From NCBI GenBank assembly GCA_002269645.1, contig NIVC01004826.1, positions 1 through 34,101 of the forward strand: a stretch of 34,101 bases of DNA. The letters run 5' to 3'. The stretch comes from Macrostomum lignano (lineage: Eukaryota). Within the stretch, counting starts at the first letter, position 1, and every line of letters begins with the position of its first letter. Below the pieces are notes generated by a model. The model did not search any database and was not told the DNA's origin. It worked only from the letters and a program-made list of their open reading frames with translations. The position numbers and the translations under genes are program-made. This document shows, piece after piece, positions 31,387 to 34,101 of the stretch.

Positions 31387-33910
31387 TTAGTTGCCATCCT
31401 TCCAGCGCGCAGTGAGGTACTCAGAGTAGTCCACGTAGCCGTCCTTGTCCAAATCATGCTCGTCCATGACGTGGTCGATTTCTCCTAGAAAAATGGCAAT
31501 AAAATTAGAACTACTTTCTGTTAGAATGTTTTTGAAACGTCCTTTTTGACTTGAATTCAAGCTAGTTAGGAATTTGAATCACACTCCTTAAAAGCATGCG
31601 ATGAAAAGTACATTAGTTGGCCGCTAAGTCGTGCATTCGGGTTTGAAAATTGGCCGAAGTGAACGAGTCCATTATGAAGGAATTTCTAAAGCCTAGCTAG
31701 TACAGTCTAAAATGCTTTCTTTTCACTGAAATCTTACAGCACCAATCCAGCAGACCTTGATGCTTTTACAAATAATCAGTGGGTTGCAGGTGCACACGTA
31801 GCAACTTGTTGGCAAGAGCAGGCTGCAAATGTACAGACACGTGGAATCAATGCGCACTTACTCTCCATTGAGGCGTGCTTCTCATTCACAAGTTTTTCTT
31901 TTTTCTCAGCAATCTGCTTTGGCGTCAGGGTTCGTTCCTCCTCCGGCGCGTCAAATGGTTCACATCGATGTAGTCGTAATGAGTCATGGCCTTCAGCATT
32001 TCCAGCCCATCAAGTTTGCCATTCTTGTCGAAGTCGTGAGACCTGAGGGTTGCGGGTTCAGGATGCCTGTAATTTGTAGCCTTCTGAATCTTTGTATTCG
32101 CTTTACGTAATAATTGACTGTTTTTATTGCATTATTGATAAGTCTGTTGTAGGATTCAGCTAATTTTGAAGCTTATACCCAGTCGTTTCTTCTGGTCGTT
32201 TAAAATCGAACTTTATGATTCAGTTAAAAGCACAATGCTGGAAGCTTTGAACGTGAAACTGCAATTTCGTCTATTTTATTATGAGATCATTGCAAATAAA
32301 ACTGTAAAGCATGATGCAACTCTCATAGTGCCCGAAATGTGCATGTGCCTTTAATTTTTGCTCTTTTGGTCCATGGCCCTGACTTGGCCTTAGTAACCAG
32401 AAATTCTGTGAGAGTTGCATCACGCTCTCAGGCACTATTTTTAGTATCCCGAGAGCCGAAGGCTTTGTCTTCTATATAAGTCACTACAGGTGCCTATCAG
32501 CTAGACAGCTAGACAGCGCTCGAATCGGGTGACGTTTCAATCAGTAAAAGTACAAATCAGAAACTGTAACCCGAGTATCCCGAGAGCCGAAGGCTTTGTC
32601 TTCTATATAAGTCACTACAGGTGCCTATCAGCTAGACAGCTAGACAGCGCTCGAATCGGGTGACGTTTTAATCAGTAAAAGTACAAATCAGAAACTGTAA
32701 CCGAGTATCCCGAGAGCCGAAGGCTTTGTCTTCTATATAAGTCACTACAGGTGCCTATCAGCTAGACAGCTAGACAGCGCTCGAATCGGGTGACGTTTCA
32801 ATCAGTAAAAGTACAAATCAGAAACTGTAACCCGAGTATCCCGAGAGCCGAAGGCTTTGTCTTCTATATAAGTCACTACAGGTGCCTATCAGCTAGACAG
32901 CTAGACAGCGCTCGAATCGGGTGACGTTTCAATCAGTAAAAGTACAAATCAGAAACTGTAACCCGAGTATCCGAGAGCCGAAGGCTTTGTCTTCTATATA
33001 AGTCACTACAGGTGCCTATCAGCTAGACAGCTAGACAGCGCTCGAATCGGGTGACGTTTTAATCAGTAAAAGTACAAATCAGAAACTGTAACCCATTGCG
33101 CCGTGTTTCACAGAAACGCTTTTCCATATAGAATTTCGAACAGAGCGTAGTGAGCGCAATTACTTTGATATGTGTCTAAAAATACTCTCTAGACAGGCGC
33201 GATTTTAAATTATTGCACAATAATTTTGCTCCCCGGCATTTGAGCCTCGGAGTGATTCCTAGTCTTCTCGTGCCTGATTTTCATTGCGTTGTAAATGAAA
33301 ATAAAGCCTACTTGTTTCGTGATCCGGGATTATTTATCCTTCCTGAAATTGACAGGAAATCGAACAACACCGCCAACTGTTCAATAGAAGCGCAGACTCA
33401 GCAAGAAAACTATAATTTATGAGTAAACTTCGCGCTAGCTATTTCACTTCTTACTTGTACTTTTACTCAGACAAACAAATAGCTTAGTAGCTCGGAATGA
33501 AAAGCATTAAACTAATTAACACAATTGATAATTCACTGAAAACTGCTTTCTGAGCTTTATAGAAAATTGCAGTCCTGAGCCGCAACTCCTGCCCAAATCC
33601 GTGTCCTGGCTTCATGGCAGACACAAAGGACTTTAAATGGATCGAAGTCCCTCGCTCAGCTGCGATCAATGCAATTCCCGCAGCCGCCTTCCCAACCCAG
33701 ACCACTCTAATTCCCTTATTGATTCGAACTATAACCCCCAGTCCAGGGGGATTAATTCTCAGCTAGACTTTAGACTTTACGAGATGGCATTGAAAGTCAG
33801 TGCCGAAGTCACGAAATGCAGCGGACTTACTTGAATTCGTAGAACTCGATCTCAGACCGGCTCATCTCGCTGGATCCTTCTTAATCCCGAAGTCCTCGCT
33901 GAGGTGAGAC
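31387..33910 (-). CDS. MCFD2: 3' part of an MCFD2-like secretory-pathway EF-hand protein gene (5' exon beyond the window)
   Basis: Exons 33910-33831, 32042-31862, 31484-31387: SHLSEDFGIKKDP/SEMSRSEIEFYEFK|SHDFDKNGKLDGLEMLKAMTH...|EIDHVMDEHDLDKDGYVDYSEY. Both MCFD2-type EF hands are present. Needs +1 nt at 33872-33873 and at 31953-31955. Orthology versus CGREF1-like proteins is not proven. Confidence 0.75.
32444..33094. repeat. 131-bp tandem repeat x5 in the MCFD2-like intron
   Basis: Units start at 32444, 32575, 32705, 32836, 32967. Differences are a C/T site and two single-C losses in CCC runs. Confidence 0.97.
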
Positions 33911-34101
33911 CTGATGTGGCTGGAATGTTTTATTGTATTTCGGTTGCTGAGGCTTAGGGATCCTGGAACTCCGCTCCCTGAGGCTTAGGGATTTTGCGGA
34001 TTAAAAATATGCCAAATGGCTGTTTCATTGAACCCCATTTTTGCATGAACTTTTATGCTGCTTAAATAGTCTGCCATGGACAACTGGAGTCGAAGTATCA
34101 C

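Noticed and set aside
33947-33992. Two CTGAGGCTTAGGGAT direct repeats containing TTAGGG
   Set aside because: Only two short copies in an intron; not a telomeric array.

Overview
Intron-rich animal genomic DNA with no prokaryotic features. The 31-34 nt introns and expanded DEG/ENaC family suggest a free-living flatworm such as Macrostomum, which is an inference only. The standout is a 13-exon minus-strand DEG/ENaC (ASIC/FaNaC-family) channel gene (18502->10472, about 1082 aa). Its extracellular finger region carries two six-cysteine kringle-like domains, and a WSC domain is nested inside the first kringle. The ORF track misses this because the modules are split across small exons. Two more DEG/ENaC loci are present: the 3' end of a paralogue (1-509, +) and a decayed copy of exon 1 (5205-5588, -). 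Other genes are a secreted fibrinogen-related (FReD) lectin gene with a tandemly duplicated last exon, and the 3' part of an MCFD2-like EF-hand gene. Mobile elements are a full-length degenerate BEL/Pao retrotransposon (19794-27800, TSD GAGTT, non-CA LTR end) with a 1173-bp solo LTR nested in gag, an internally deleted Ty3/gypsy derivative with a tRNA-iMet PBS, and two long-TIR MITE-like elements. Several micro- and minisatellites are also present. Three coding frameshifts are single-base losses in short homopolymer runs, which points to assembly error rather than pseudogenisation. All gene models were built by hand from GT-AG sites, intron phase and motif recognition; no database searches were run.
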